Of a stretch of 64,000 nucleotides of DNA, positions 1-38,099 are shown piece after piece. Numbering within the stretch: position 1 is the stretch's first letter; every line of letters begins with the position of its first letter. The translations under genes were made by a program, and so were the position numbers. The DNA lies in assembly GCA_964036045.1 (NCBI GenBank), contig OZ038379.1:26164001-26228000 (forward strand), given 5' to 3'. The notes below the pieces were generated by a model. The model was not told the DNA's origin. It worked only from the letters and a program-made list of their open reading frames with translations, and did no database searches. This stretch comes from Eutreptiella sp. 'Long Island Sound 2002' (Eukaryota; Protista; Euglenida).

Positions 1-1155
1 AGGCGTAGTTGCAATGTGCTTTTTGGTTATACGGCTGGGTGTTCTTGAGGGACGACCAACAACAAAACAATATGTGATTGAAAGTAGCTGTACAAAAGGC
101 AGCAACATGGGGTTTGTTTAATTGTTATTCCCAGGCCAATCCATTGTAGCACACAAGTTTGAAAGCAGGCACGCTTTGGAGGTGACCGTTAGTTTTTTTT
201 TCTTCACTTTTGTACAAGATTTGCTGCCTTTTGGTTTTCACTTGGAATGGTTGTTATTCAACCGTTTCGATATCGTCGGATATGCACTGCAATTGCAAAT
301 TTTGTTCTATTTGTTTGTTGGCCCAGAGTTGTTTGGTCTGTTCTATTCATTATCATGCCGTTTTAGCCGCACATACATTTCGGGTTCAGAGAAAAGTGTG
401 TTTTCGGGATCGTCAATGCATTAGGCAACCATGGTAAGCACCATGCCATAGCCAATCGGGGTGGTTGTTCCCATCAATAACAATGACAACATCATATAGG
501 TTTAGTGTAGGTTGTCTGATCGGCAGATCACTCTTATTGCATTACTTTTGGCAAAGTTTTTTTGTTTGGATAAACCACTTCATGACCAAAAAAATGCTAC
601 CTCTGCTCAAAAGAGGTAACCTCTTAAATCTTCTTATCTCCGAAAGGTGTACCTTCCTGTAGAAAAGGGACGTTTTTACCAGAGGATGCGAGACTTATCT
701 CTTCCAAGGAGTGCGTCTATTTTGTACACTCAGATAGTATGATCCATCCTCAAATAGTTGATGTTTTTGGCCCTCAAGCCTACAATAAAACCGCGTTAAG
801 CGTTTGGAACAGTGATTTTATCACTTGTGGGCGAGAGTTTTTGTTGCCACTACCACGCAAACACAACACATACACATGGAGCTCAAATAATTGACCTTAG
901 GGCATGGTACTTTTTTCAAAAGTTGGAACCTCTTATCTGTTACGGAAGAAGGTAAGAGGTTTTAACAAAATTTCATCCTGGAGCTTATAAAAAACTTGGT
1001 TCAAAACGGAAATGATTACTTGTTTTCAAAAGGGGTAACCTCTTAAAGCCTCTTACGTCCACAACCTTTGCCGTGCCCTAATCCGCGCACATGTACGGCA
1101 ACATGTATTGGGCAATCAGGGAAGAAATAGAATGACCCATGCACAATGGACCAAC

Positions 1156-2140
1156 CTTTAGCACATGAACGTAGCGCAAGGTGGTGTTGTAGCTTGGTAT
1201 AGTGCTACACGGCGTATGCGAATATGCCTCTTGGCACTACGAATACTCCGTTTTGGGATCCGGTCAATCTGTTTGATAAAATCTTCAAGGACAGAAAGTG
1301 CAGCAATCGGCCACTGGAAGTGCAATCCATCGCTGAAAGTCAAAATAAGGTAAAATTACCGGTTTGTAAACCATTCGCCTGTGTGTATACCACCTAAACC
1401 TAAACCTAAACCTAAGTATTTTGTGTTCCAAAGTCTTTTGCAGCATGTATTACACTCAGGTACAAAGGGCACACATTTTCCTCATTTTTCCGTACCTTTG
1501 TTTGCCCCTCTCATGTCATACTATGCCGTTGGTATTCAAAGCTTCCCGCTTGCACCAAAAAATTTTCACATAAACCTGTTTTTTTCTTTAAATTTTTTCG
1601 ATGAAAGAAGAGATGACTTTAAAACAGCACTGTTTTTGCAGTGAAGTTCAAGCTCCACGCACGAACAGCAACAAAACCGAAAATTTCAAAAGCATTGTGT
1701 CGTGCGAGGTTGCGCTCTGCTCACAGTGTCAACTCATAACATCGAACAAAAAACTCCGCGTTAACAAACATAAAATCTACACCTCACCGTAGCACGGCGA
1801 ATAGAAATCAAAGTGAGCAGTTACAAAGGGTAGGGCAGGTAATGTTTTGATTCCTCTTTTTGAACATATCAAACTAGTTATGACCCGTTTTCATTTTAGC
1901 ACCCCCAAGACCGCCAAATTTCTACCTTTGTGGAGACCTCGTGCTTGGTTAAGAACTTGTGGTTGCGGAAGAACTGGGAATGGATGGAGAGCTCGTACTT
2001 GCAGCAACCTGTTGTTTAGCGAGCTCGAACACTTGGTCAATGATTTCATGCTTCGCCGGGGTCATGGTTGCAGCACCTTGTCCTTCAATCCGTTGAACCA
2101 CTTGGGCATCTGATACCCTTGGCTTGGGACCCAGTGCTAC
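1156..2140 (-). pseudogene. Degraded intron-containing gene fragments in an AT-rich block
   Basis: Exon-like 2140-1926 (TTTAG...AG|GTAG, one in-frame TAA, phase 2 out) and 1332-1156 (TTTCAG, phase 2 in); no recognised homology. Confidence 0.3.
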
Positions 2141-5100
2141 CTAAATCGGGTCACAACTCCTTAAGGTCAACGGAACAGAAGATTCTGCGACTGTGCGTGC
2201 TAACGCTTGCCCTCGCATGAGTGCGTTTCACTCTGTGAGCGCTTATCATTGCCTAAACGCGCTCCACATTGTGCGCGCCTACCATCGCCTCAGCGCGCTT
2301 CACATTGTGCGCGCTTTCCATCGCGCTCAACATTGTACGAAGACAAGAAACCAACCTAAAACAACATGTGTAAAAAACCTCTAGGAGCAGAGCATGTCTT
2401 CTTCTCATTGCGCCTGGTACTTCACATCGTACCCGTTACTTCTCATTGACAAGATGTAGAGTGCGTAGAATTACTTGCGGCAATTCCGGGCAACCAACGG
2501 CGATTGTCACCACGACACCTGCACCTTATAATAGCGGCACCGCACCAGCCTTTTACGCGCACTTCCATTGCCGCGCCATGGCATGTTGCGCTGACCACTG
2601 GGAGCGTGCCGAGAGCACAAACAAGAGAAAACGCGGTAGCGCCTCGCGGGAGCATTCTACCGAGCGGCCATTGCCTATCAGGGAAAGACAACAGTAGTCT
2701 TGCTCCATCGTTGCCTTCTTTGAAGTCACTCCGCTGACGGCACGTTGCCTTGAACTTGTATGCTCTGGCAGGAGTCAACGGACCATCGCCACTGTCGCTT
2801 CTTCAAGCGGTATTGCATTTTTTTGCAATGGATAGGCGTAGATTATGCAAGAGGGAGGCTTCAGCGGGTATTTGGTTACCTTTGCTTTGGGCCGTGGCCT
2901 GTGGGCAACCCTAGCAATCGCCTTTTTCCAAGCGCAGGCACGGCCTTTTGCTGCACACATTCTCAACACACAATGCGAAAGAATAAGATGTTAGTTAAAG
3001 AAATATGTAAAAAACGTGCGATTTCATCAAGTATTTTTTTTAAAGAAATTCATCGTACTTCAGTCGTCCATCAAATGGTGCGGCTGCGATTCTAGCCCGC
3101 TAGCAGTGCCGATCTTCAGTAGCGCCAGATCACTACAACAACAGTACACATTCAACGGAAGATTTATTTCAAACATTCACCATTTTGACTGCTGGAATAC
3201 CATTGGTCATTGTACAAAACAATGTGCAATCGCCAATTGGAATTGGCCCATCATCGGCCTACTTCCTAATGATTTTACCTTAGGTGAAGGTGAAAGCATG
3301 TAAATTTGCCATTTTCTATTTTCATCTTACGAATGCAAAACCTTGCTTCGAGGTGCCTAATTTGCCTCATCCCCATAGTGTTTGTAATGAGCAAGGCTGG
3401 CAATGGAAAGAGGTTGTTTCGGATTAGAGTGGCAAACAACCCTTGAGGCAACACTTCCGACTTGTGAATGCTGCCAATTTCGGCGTGTTTCAACTGCCAC
3501 CACCAGGAGGATTGGTGCCGGCTGCGAAGTCCGTAAGTGGCTAGATAAATTAGACGTGCATTCAGCTTTGGTTTTCCATATCAACCCCAACGTACATTAG
3601 AACTATTGTTGGAGCTCGTCAAGTAATGAAAGCTGGCAAAGACATAACGCCATTGCAAGCTGATGGACAAGGGTATTCTCTTTGCTCGTCTTAATGCTAA
3701 CTGATGCTTTTCTGTTAGCGTTTTCGGGTGATGTTTTTTGAGAAATCGTGTTAGTGAAGGAAAAAAGTAAAAGCCCAATAGAATACTTTGCGGTCCGTAT
3801 GCAAACAATTAATCGACGAATGCATGGTATGCTACAAAAGAAGATTTATTTTATTTTCTCACTTATTACATGCGTTCAAATGCTTTACTATAAAACTACA
3901 AAATTAACGCAAAGCGATTCTTTGCCGATGCATATGGATACTTAGAATGTACATATGTAGCCTGTTCACCCAGTAGCCTGACCAAATAAGAAGAAACCAA
4001 GTGACATGGCAGCAACCTCAGCGCCAAAAGCCATGAATCCTCAGCACCTATGGGACCAAACACAAAAGGTTCACATCTCAGAGTGACCCTACTTCAGAGA
4101 AGATGCCAACAAATGCAGGTTTCAACTTCTGTTTAGTTAATTGTCTTACCACTTTTTGGTATCTGCAGCTAGAAATTGGTCTTTTGCTGTGAATACTTGA
4201 TTCTTGTGTAGCTCATCTATCTTCTTTGTATTGCAGCCCTGCATGCTTATAGTGAAATGATCATGATCTTTGTGCCCTACTTTACATGCTTGGTCTATTC
4301 GTATTTATCTTGTTTCCCATTCACAAAACTGCTTCAAAATAGCAGGAACTTGAGAATCAGCAACAAGTAGGATACAAGCAGGGTTCAAGACATAAAAGGG
4401 CACAACAAACCTGAGTTCAAGTCCCTCAAACGGTTCTACAACCTGGGAGCCCATGTACGCCTTCATACAGTCTGATGAAACTATCAATCCCATTTTCCGT
4501 TCCTATCTCGTTGGGAACGACAAGAGTCAACTCCTCAGCCGTGCCCAGACACTGTCCCAGCGTAAGAGGAAGAGCTAATCACCATGACCCTACCTTGTTG
4601 AGTGTTCATCGCAAACCGACGGCCGAACGAGTTGATCCCCGGGAGCTGCTGATTACCCCAAACCAACACAATACCTTTCGGCCTTTCCCCCTTGTGTTTT
4701 TTTCCCTTGTACTCCAAAAATTGAAAATTCTTCACCAGCACACTTTTCCCACTTTTCCTACCTGGAAGAATTTGACAGAGCTGCTTGAACTGTCAAAAGA
4801 TCAACCAATATACCCCTTCAAACAATTTCATCAAACTAAAATCACCCCAAACACTTTTCTTCCCATGGAGAACTGGTCTGCAGACTGTGCGTTGTGACCT
4901 GGCACGTACCATATCAATGACAAAGCAGACAGCACAGCCAACCACGCATCATGGGCAAACAATCAACCAAAGCGATTGAGTGGACCTGATGTCCAAAAGG
5001 TTTTCAATCCAAATGCATCCCATGCAAAAAACACACAACCTGAAATATTGTGATCAGATTTACCAAAAACACTACTTGTCTAGGGCGTGAGGTCAGGGAA

Positions 5101-5789
5101 AGGCACAACCAACATTGGTCAGGACTGAGATACAAACATTCAACGAGCTGTACAAAAGCAATGTGTGGGATCACATGCAGCATCTGAGTCATGGAAATAG
5201 CTGATTTGGCCTCTTGTCTTGCAACTGCTCCTTTCTCTGTACCTGCCATTGCATGGGAACTGAACTTGTGACCACCCAATGATTTGCATAGAATGATAAA
5301 ATTTTGATGAAAACATGTGCATGCAGAAACAACACACTGGAGCAACCTCCTACGGGAACTGCATCCCGGTGTCCAACATTGGTCATCGGGATGACCAATG
5401 TGGGTTGCTCAGCAACAGTGTGTCTCAACAAGTTGGACTGAATAGTGGCTCACAGAATCTAACTGTGGGCAACCCTGATACGCCACCCATGAGAAATATT
5501 GTGGACACTGCATGTAGCAAGAAGCTTGAAGGCATGGTCAGTCTCTTGAGCCTCATTGATCAACATTCGTTCACCTGACACGTGCTTCTGCGTATGTATG
5601 CCTTCCTTGGTTTGGCTGACTTGGGAAGCGAATCAGACTTGAGAGGAGATTTTAGGTGAGTAGGGTTAGTAGGCAGACGGCACAGAATCCATTTTAGCCC
5701 AACTGTAGCTGACGTTGACTGCATGCCCAAACCTATGCCCTTGGCCCTTGTCCTACCCTTCCCCTTGCTTGCACCAGACACAATCCGTG

Positions 5790-6310
5790 TTCATGATGTG
5801 CTGACTGCTGTGGTTGGATGTTGGTTTCTATGTTGCACCTTTCCGACAGAAAAGAGTCAGATTCCACAGAATAAACAATTCTTGCAAATACAAGAGGAGG
5901 CTGGGGATCTCATTCAATGACAGGCACTTAATTTTGGTGTAGACTGGGTATGAGGGGTCGATAACCTGGTTCCTCGTGGTTTGGGTGCTATTGATTACCA
6001 GCCATAATGCAATTGGGTCCCCAAGGCTACTAGAGAGGCTTTTTCGGGTGCTGACTCAGGTGGTCAATGAAGAATTGCTCAACTTTACACAGCTTCGATT
6101 CCTATGTGCCGAAATCATGAATAAGCCTGGGCAGTCCAGGGGATATCATGGGGTGGAGGTTTCGGTGGAAGAATAACAACATGCCTACCTTGGACTGCCT
6201 CCAGCCTGCAGAATGCAGCATGACACAACCCCACACTACTAAATTTGGGAGGATCTCATGAGACAGTGAAACCAACTTCTGCCTCTCACGTGCTTGCTGC
6301 ATGACATGGA
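5790..6310 (-). pseudogene. Possible degenerate APE-type endonuclease remnant of a LINE
   Basis: Fragments VGMLLFFHRNLHP, CIMAGN and LQELFILWNLT resemble APE motifs (GVAILI, LIxGDFN, LxDxW) across stops and frameshifts; weak. Confidence 0.25.
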
Positions 6311-8104
6311 CCATCCTGTGTGGGGCACCATGCTTACCCAGACTGGCGGGGTCTAATTGTCACCCAGACACTGTACAGACCGTGCGAAACATATGCACTT
6401 CAGCGCAAATTAGAAAAGCCCAGCCCTTTGTTTTTGGGCATTGCTGACCACAACGTTGGCCTCAATGACCGTCTTGTGGAGATCAGTCTTTTCACCCACG
6501 GTGGTGTTTGCAAAGGTGCTGAGGAGACAAAACAGCAGGGCATGGAGCATGATGCACAGCTGCTACAAACCCTTCTTCCTCTGCCAGACAAAGCCCCCAC
6601 AAAAGCTGATCAGCCCCCCTACACAACACCAATGTACACCCCCCCCCCCTTCCCCCGCCCCTACAGCTGCGTGTTTTTCGCATGGTATTCAAAGCCATCC
6701 GATGCAGCCAAATCTTGTGGAGGCACTTCCTGCGCTTCACAGGGCAAACCTCTTTCCACTTTGCCGCAAGATCCAAAAGAGGGAGTCAAGTGTTTGGAGA
6801 CACGTTGTCCAACAATTGTTGCTTACAACGTGCATCTCAAGCGAAAAAAATATGCAACAGCATCCATTCCAATAGTGATTTTTTTTTTTTACCAGTCAAC
6901 AAATCAAATGTGGTCCGATTTTTCATGAAGGTATGAAGTACCAAACAGCACACAGGCTGCCTTGGGGCTTTAACACCCAGAAGGGTAGGGAGGGATAAAG
7001 TTCTGGAGTACAGTTCTGCTGGACCTTTGTAGAGAGAGCTAGATACATCGAGTGTGAGAGGGTGTGAGTAGCGTTTGCAAACCGATCTGGGCAATCATAA
7101 ACAATTCAAACTCAGCGGGCATGCCTGTGACCACAACATGACAAAAGCAAACAGCATGGGCTTGTGGAGGGAGGGGCCATGCGTTCCCATTGGTCGCCGC
7201 CATCTGCCCCCCTCGCCGCCCCCTTGCCCCCTGAGTCATCATTGGGTTGTGCGGTGCTTCCACTGGTGCCCCCCTGATGCGTATGCAAGGCCCAATGCTG
7301 GGTGTCATGGGCAGCACGTTGTGCACCTCAGGTTTACTGCGCGCCGTCATTGCACCCCCTCCTCCCGAGTGTCAGTGCATTAAACCACGCCACACGTTGC
7401 GTCGCCAGTCCCGGATCGCCCACACCGGCGAGACTGTCAGGCTGTCATTATCTTTGCGGGTCGGCGGTGCACTGGAGGTGTGGGGCGGCTGTGGGCCTTC
7501 ATGTCGAGCGCCCAAGCCGCACCTTACCGGGAACCAGGCATCCCTATTGGGCCATTCTGAGGCACGGAAACCACCAAACGTAGGGGCCAGCGGATGGACG
7601 ACGGCTCTCGGAAGCGGATTGGGAGCCACACAGCCCGGGATATGGCTCTGCAATGGAGGGTTTTCGAGGCCCTGCCCCCTGTTTGAGGATGATGTTGCAC
7701 TGTGTGTGCTGCCGCATCACCCATGCAGCAGCCCCAGTCTCTCAACGCCGAAAGCCGCTGTGCAAACGTGGGGTTATGGGACAGTCTCTGGCGCCGACTT
7801 CCCAGTGCCAAAAACGCAGCTGGGACAATTGCTGGAGCTACGAGCCTGTGCCCTGCGGTGACAATACTCCCCTTCTACGCTGTGCAACTGACAAACCAAA
7901 GGGGTGGGAACAAGCCAAAGGGAGGTGGGGGCACTCAGGGCGTGAAGGGGGGGGGGCAGGCCCCGTTCCCAAAAGCTCCCCCTCCTCGTTGGAGGCGCCC
8001 ATGCCGGGACCCAAGAAAGGGTACTTAAAACAACGCACACCAGCTCCATTATCAGCCCCTGGCTGCATGCACAGTGTGCGCAACACCCGTCTCCCAAGAC
8101 ATAC

Positions 8105-33421
<25,317 letters not shown>

Positions 33422-33803
33422 CTGCATTGTGTACATACACAAGGGGCCGGAGGAATTGCATCTGCGCTACACCCGCGCGAGAACAACACCAACGTTCCGA
33501 CATTAGACGGAAACAACGCCTACTGTTGTTCTGACAAGGGTTTTGTTCTCGCAAGGGGTGGGGGGGAGGGGGGGTAGGACAGGCTGGGTGATTACCTCTG
33601 GGTCCTGGCCATGGTGTCTTTCCCACTGTCTCGCTGGCAGGGGCAGCAACGCCTTGGCGACCCGACCACAAAAACCCCTTGCTACGCATCCACCCGGCCA
33701 GAACCCAGATTTTTGGACACCACCGCAGTGGGAAGTGGTAACATTGGGCTAGGGGCTCCCCATCGCCAGGCCGGCCTGTGCGGCTGAGCATAGCCGAGCA
33801 ACA

Positions 33804-34278
33804 CAGGGGGCCGACCCCTCGGGTTTGGACGCGGACTACCCTCCCCTACTAACTGTTGGCCGAAGGCTCCCCGGCGGGGGGCTGGTAGGGGGGGATCCGG
33901 GAGGGGCTATGGGGGAGGGTCCGGGAGGGGCGATTCGGGGGGGGGGGGGGTCCAGGAGGGGCAATTTGGGGGAGGTGGGGTGGGGGGGTTACATGCCCCC
34001 AAGGCCAAGCGTTGGTCCATCACAGGCTCCCCTTACCTCCCTTTGCCCTCCCTCTAACCATCTCATCACCCTAAACCTAACCCTAACCTTTGCAGCGAGT
34101 TGGTTCAGCCATGCCAGCCATGCTGTTTGGGCTGAACAAGATCTTCCAAATTTCATTTGTGGCTGCTTTTTGCCACATCATTGCTCTCCATTTTGGACCC
34201 CAATACTACCTCTAACCCTAGCCTGTTGGCTGGAGGCCCCGGGGGGGGGGGGGGTTAGTCTGCGTCCTCAGACCCGCG
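33804..34278. mobile_element. Short copy (MITE) of the same family
   Basis: Starts CAGGGGGCCGAC; shares the CCAAGGCCAAGCGTTGGTCCATCACAGG...CCCTAAACCTAACCCTAACC...GCTGAACAAGAT core; flanks GAGCAACA/GAGCAACG. Confidence 0.75.
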
Positions 34279-35859
34279 GAGCAACGTGCTGCACTGGGAA
34301 GAAGGTCTGTAGGGTCTCTTCTTCCCCATCACCCACCGCAAACTCCATATGGACTGCAGCACACATACAAAGTAGTTGTTGCCAAAAATCTTGGCACCAC
34401 AACGCTCCGCCCTTGCACAGGTGGGGCTGTTGCACCACCACTGACACGTCTCCCTCGCTCCCTTGGGAATGCGCTACTGTTGCCGCTACTCGCCGCTGTC
34501 TTTGTGTTGCCTTGTGCCCTGGCCAGCTGCATCTTGGCTCGTTACTCTGTGGTTGCACTTGCATACCTTGCGGCTGCATGAAGTAAGGTACCCACCAGCG
34601 GTGGGCTGCATGTCCACGCATTTGCCTCTGGTGTTGCTTAACCCAGCTTGCTCATGTGCGGTATCTGTGCTGTCCCTTCCCCTTCCTCATGGCCCCACCC
34701 CTGTCCCTCTGGCGCCCCTGAAGGGGTGAACAAGAGACCACTTGGGTGGGTTTGGGTTGAGGTAGGGCTCGGGGGGGGGGGGGGATGATCGCCTCATCGC
34801 ACTAACCGCGATGAGCAAGGTGTCACCGGGAAAAATGTTTTTGGTGGGTTCGGTCCGGAAATTTAAACTAACTTTGAAAAACTCATGGGGAAGGCTCAGT
34901 AAGTGCTCCCGAATGTACGCACTGCATATAGGTTTTTAGGAGAAATTCGTCCGCATTGTTTCTTCACAGACAGTGGCAAATCATACTTTTAAGGGTCGTG
35001 CACAAGAACCCCCCCCCCCCTCCCATGGGAGCGCTTACTGCGCGCCGCGGGCACCGCAGGGTCAGGGTAATTCGCTTTAGTGTACACCGTCCACGAAATG
35101 TACACCGGAACAAAAAAGGTCCGTGCACATTGATCTATTGACACCATTGCTCTCTACAGAGGAAAGACTGCGGCCACACCACATCGAGCCGGGGCAACAA
35201 ACGATCTTTGTATAGCACCTCGTCTTCCCTATCCGGTGCTCAAAGCACTCTTACACGCCACCATAGGTTTCATTTAGCTGAGTTCAGCAGATTACCTCTG
35301 ATGCCCACAAAACCCATTGTTCCGTAGAACCATTTTGGGGTCCGTAGAGCCCCCCCGCCCCCCCCCCCCCCCCTGGGGTCGGGCCCTGGCTGGCAACTGC
35401 CCCGTGCTACCTAACCCTTGCCGCTCAGGAGCGCCCAAACCGGGGATGACTCAAAGTTCATACACGTCCCATTCCATATTGGGGACGGGCAACAAGTGCA
35501 CCATTTGTGGGGAAAAGAGGCCAAAATGGTAAAAATAGTAAGAAAAATAGGGGGAAACGGATGTATACGGGTGAACGTTCTATTAAAAACGCATGTGTGT
35601 ATGCACCACTATAGTGCCTCTCTTCCAAGATAATTACCCAAAATGCGCACCACAGGGCACACCGCAAGATAAGCACCCCCCATGGCCTCGTGCCAGACCC
35701 CCCCCCCCCTCCCAGGCCCTGCACCCCCCATCATGGCAGGGCCAGCACCAAAAAGTTCCGGAGCAAGGACATCACACACTGTCAACACCCACTGCCCCCC
35801 CCCCCCTTCTGTGACGTTCCGTTGGGTTGCTGTTTCTTTACGGGGCCCTGGACAGTCAC

Positions 35860-36025
35860 CTGTTCTTCCCTTCGCATGCTGCGTCAGATCGCTGTCGGCC
35901 GCTGCGGCCTGTGTTGCTGCTGGTGTTATTTCCGCGGTAGCGGAGCCCAGTAGTTGGCGCACTGGGGTTGTTCTGGTTGTTGTGGGGTCGTTTTTACGGT
36001 TTTTGCTGCCCACTCCCCTCCACAT
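35860..36025 (-). CDS. Candidate upstream DRC2 exon (...TQAAAADSDLTQHAKGRTG)
   Basis: CAG|GTGACT donor in phase 1, compatible with the 33421 acceptor; no recognisable homology and the 5' border is unknown. Confidence 0.3.
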
Positions 36026-38099
36026 TCAGGTCGGCCACCACATGCCCCCCCCCCCCCCCCTCCCACCACCTCCTGCAGTCAGTCCCTGGCCATGCATGAC
36101 GGTGTGCCCACCACCATGAACAAACCCCCGCCCGCTGTGTGCTCATGTGGATCGGAGCTTGATGGTGAAACTGAGTCAATGAAATCCTTGAGCTTCTGAC
36201 AGGCAATTCAGCAATCAAATTCAGTCTGGGCACAGGCTGAACTACGGCCACTCTGTCAGGGAGACTGTGTGCATGGCAACGGGCGGAAGAGACCTTTGAC
36301 AGGCTTCCCAAAAGTGGGCATGTTGGCAAAACGTAGATCAGTAAAACGTTATAAACTTCTTCGCAAAGAAATTCGCGGACTACTTCAAAACATGTCCTTC
36401 GAAAAGAAAGGAGGAATCATTTATTCCGAGGATTTGCATAGCAAAGTGAGTGTCGTGGGTTCATGTGAAAAGCATCGAAAATCCAATGCAAACTGCAGCA
36501 TTGCTCAACGCGCCTGGGGTTTCCAGGGCTGCAATACTGCAAAGTGCGGAAAAGATGCTAGAAAAAGCCACATTGCCCCTGCCTGCAAACGCCAGAGTGA
36601 GTGGCCAGAGGCCTTGCTCAACATGTCAACAGTGCGTGTGCATGGCCCCAGGAAACCCTGATGCTTGGAAATGCTCACAGCCCTCTTCACGGCATACCCG
36701 AAGCCAATTCCTGCACCTCCGATTGTGGCCGCCTTTTCAAATCACCTCCTTCCCTATCTAACGCCCGAGTGCCATCACGCAGTGCCTCCAATGCCCCCTG
36801 ATATCCCCGCGTGCCTCCCCTGTAGCTCCTTCACTAATGCAATCCCTTGAGCACCTTCATGCGTTTGGCCACTTTGGTTCGTGCCCTCAAGCGAATACAT
36901 GTCAATCCGTGCAATGGGACACCTTCACACCTGGCCCACATGTCTGCGTTGAGCATGTTTACCATGAGCTCATCCCAGTGTGTCGCCATCCCTTTGTGCA
37001 AGCTGTCCAGTGGAGGAGAGTGAGTTAGCTTCTCCTGCTGAGCGGCCTGTCACCGGCCAGTGACTGTCCCGAACTCAAATGCAAAACCCATGACGTCGGG
37101 GCATCCAATTGGTACAACTAGCGACATGATTCTCCTTGCTTTGATTAGTGAAAATCCAGGCAACTGCTGGATATGGGCATTCACCTCAGAGGCCATTTGT
37201 GAAACTTTGTATGCTGCTGCTTTGCACTGGAACTCTTCTTTCGGATCCAGAAAAATGGCAGAGGACCATGAGAGTGTCCCGTATCTTGGCTTTCAGCCAA
37301 TACAGCCAGCATCTGCTTTGACGGATGGACGCTGTGCGCGCTCTGTGCGTGCTCTGTGCATACGCTGCGCACACGCTGTGCACAAACGCCCGCCTTGGCA
37401 CACAAAAACTCACGCGCAAGCATGACCTCCCAACGTGGGGTGTTTACTGCGCAACTGCATCCCCGTTGCATAGTCCCGATCCAGTGGTCCCTGTTGGTGG
37501 GGACACTGTCAACCAAATGTTTCACGAAAAAAAGAAGTACTACAAGCGCCAAATCACGTTGCTCTTCCAAGGCTTGAGGCAGAGGTCGTGTTTAGGGCGA
37601 GGTATCACTCTGGTTGATATATTAGCCTCGCCCCCCCTGTGTCCAGCCCCACCTGCTGCGTGGGGGGAATGTTTGCCTAGCGCACGCCCGGCGCATGCCT
37701 GGCGCGCTACCTTTGTAATAAGTATCCTATCTCTAGCCCCAAGTTTATCCCCACCTTGGAAATCCCCCAAGTAGACTGCACTAGACCGCAAACCTTCCGT
37801 GCAAAGCACGTTGCATAAGCCGAAATATGAGAACTCAAAAACACAAAATGCCACTCCCACCACTTCCAACCACCACCCTTGCCATCATCATAAACTGGGT
37901 GCAAAGGATGGGCCAGATTCTTAGACACTGCAAGAAGGTACTCCCGATTGTTTAATGGTATAGGCACCTGTCCATCACTTCCCCAGCAGGCACTCAACAT
38001 CTTTGACAAAGGCATTCAGGGTCGGCGAGGGTCCCAGCCCCTTCCTCGCCTTTCTCACCCCCCCCTTTTACCCTCCGGACTCCAGCCATCCCATGGCCA

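Noticed and set aside
1395-1415. (CCTAAA)n telomere-like tract
   Set aside because: Only about 3.5 units, interstitial, and no end-related context.
2190-2335. Short degenerate tandem repeat of about 35 bp
   Set aside because: Only about 4 decayed copies and no associated structure; ordinary slippage.
7524-7650. Candidate last DRC2 exon after the CCCTCCATTGCAG acceptor
   Set aside because: Phase fits, but the peptide (AISRAVWLPIRFREP...) has no DRC2-like character; left unassigned.
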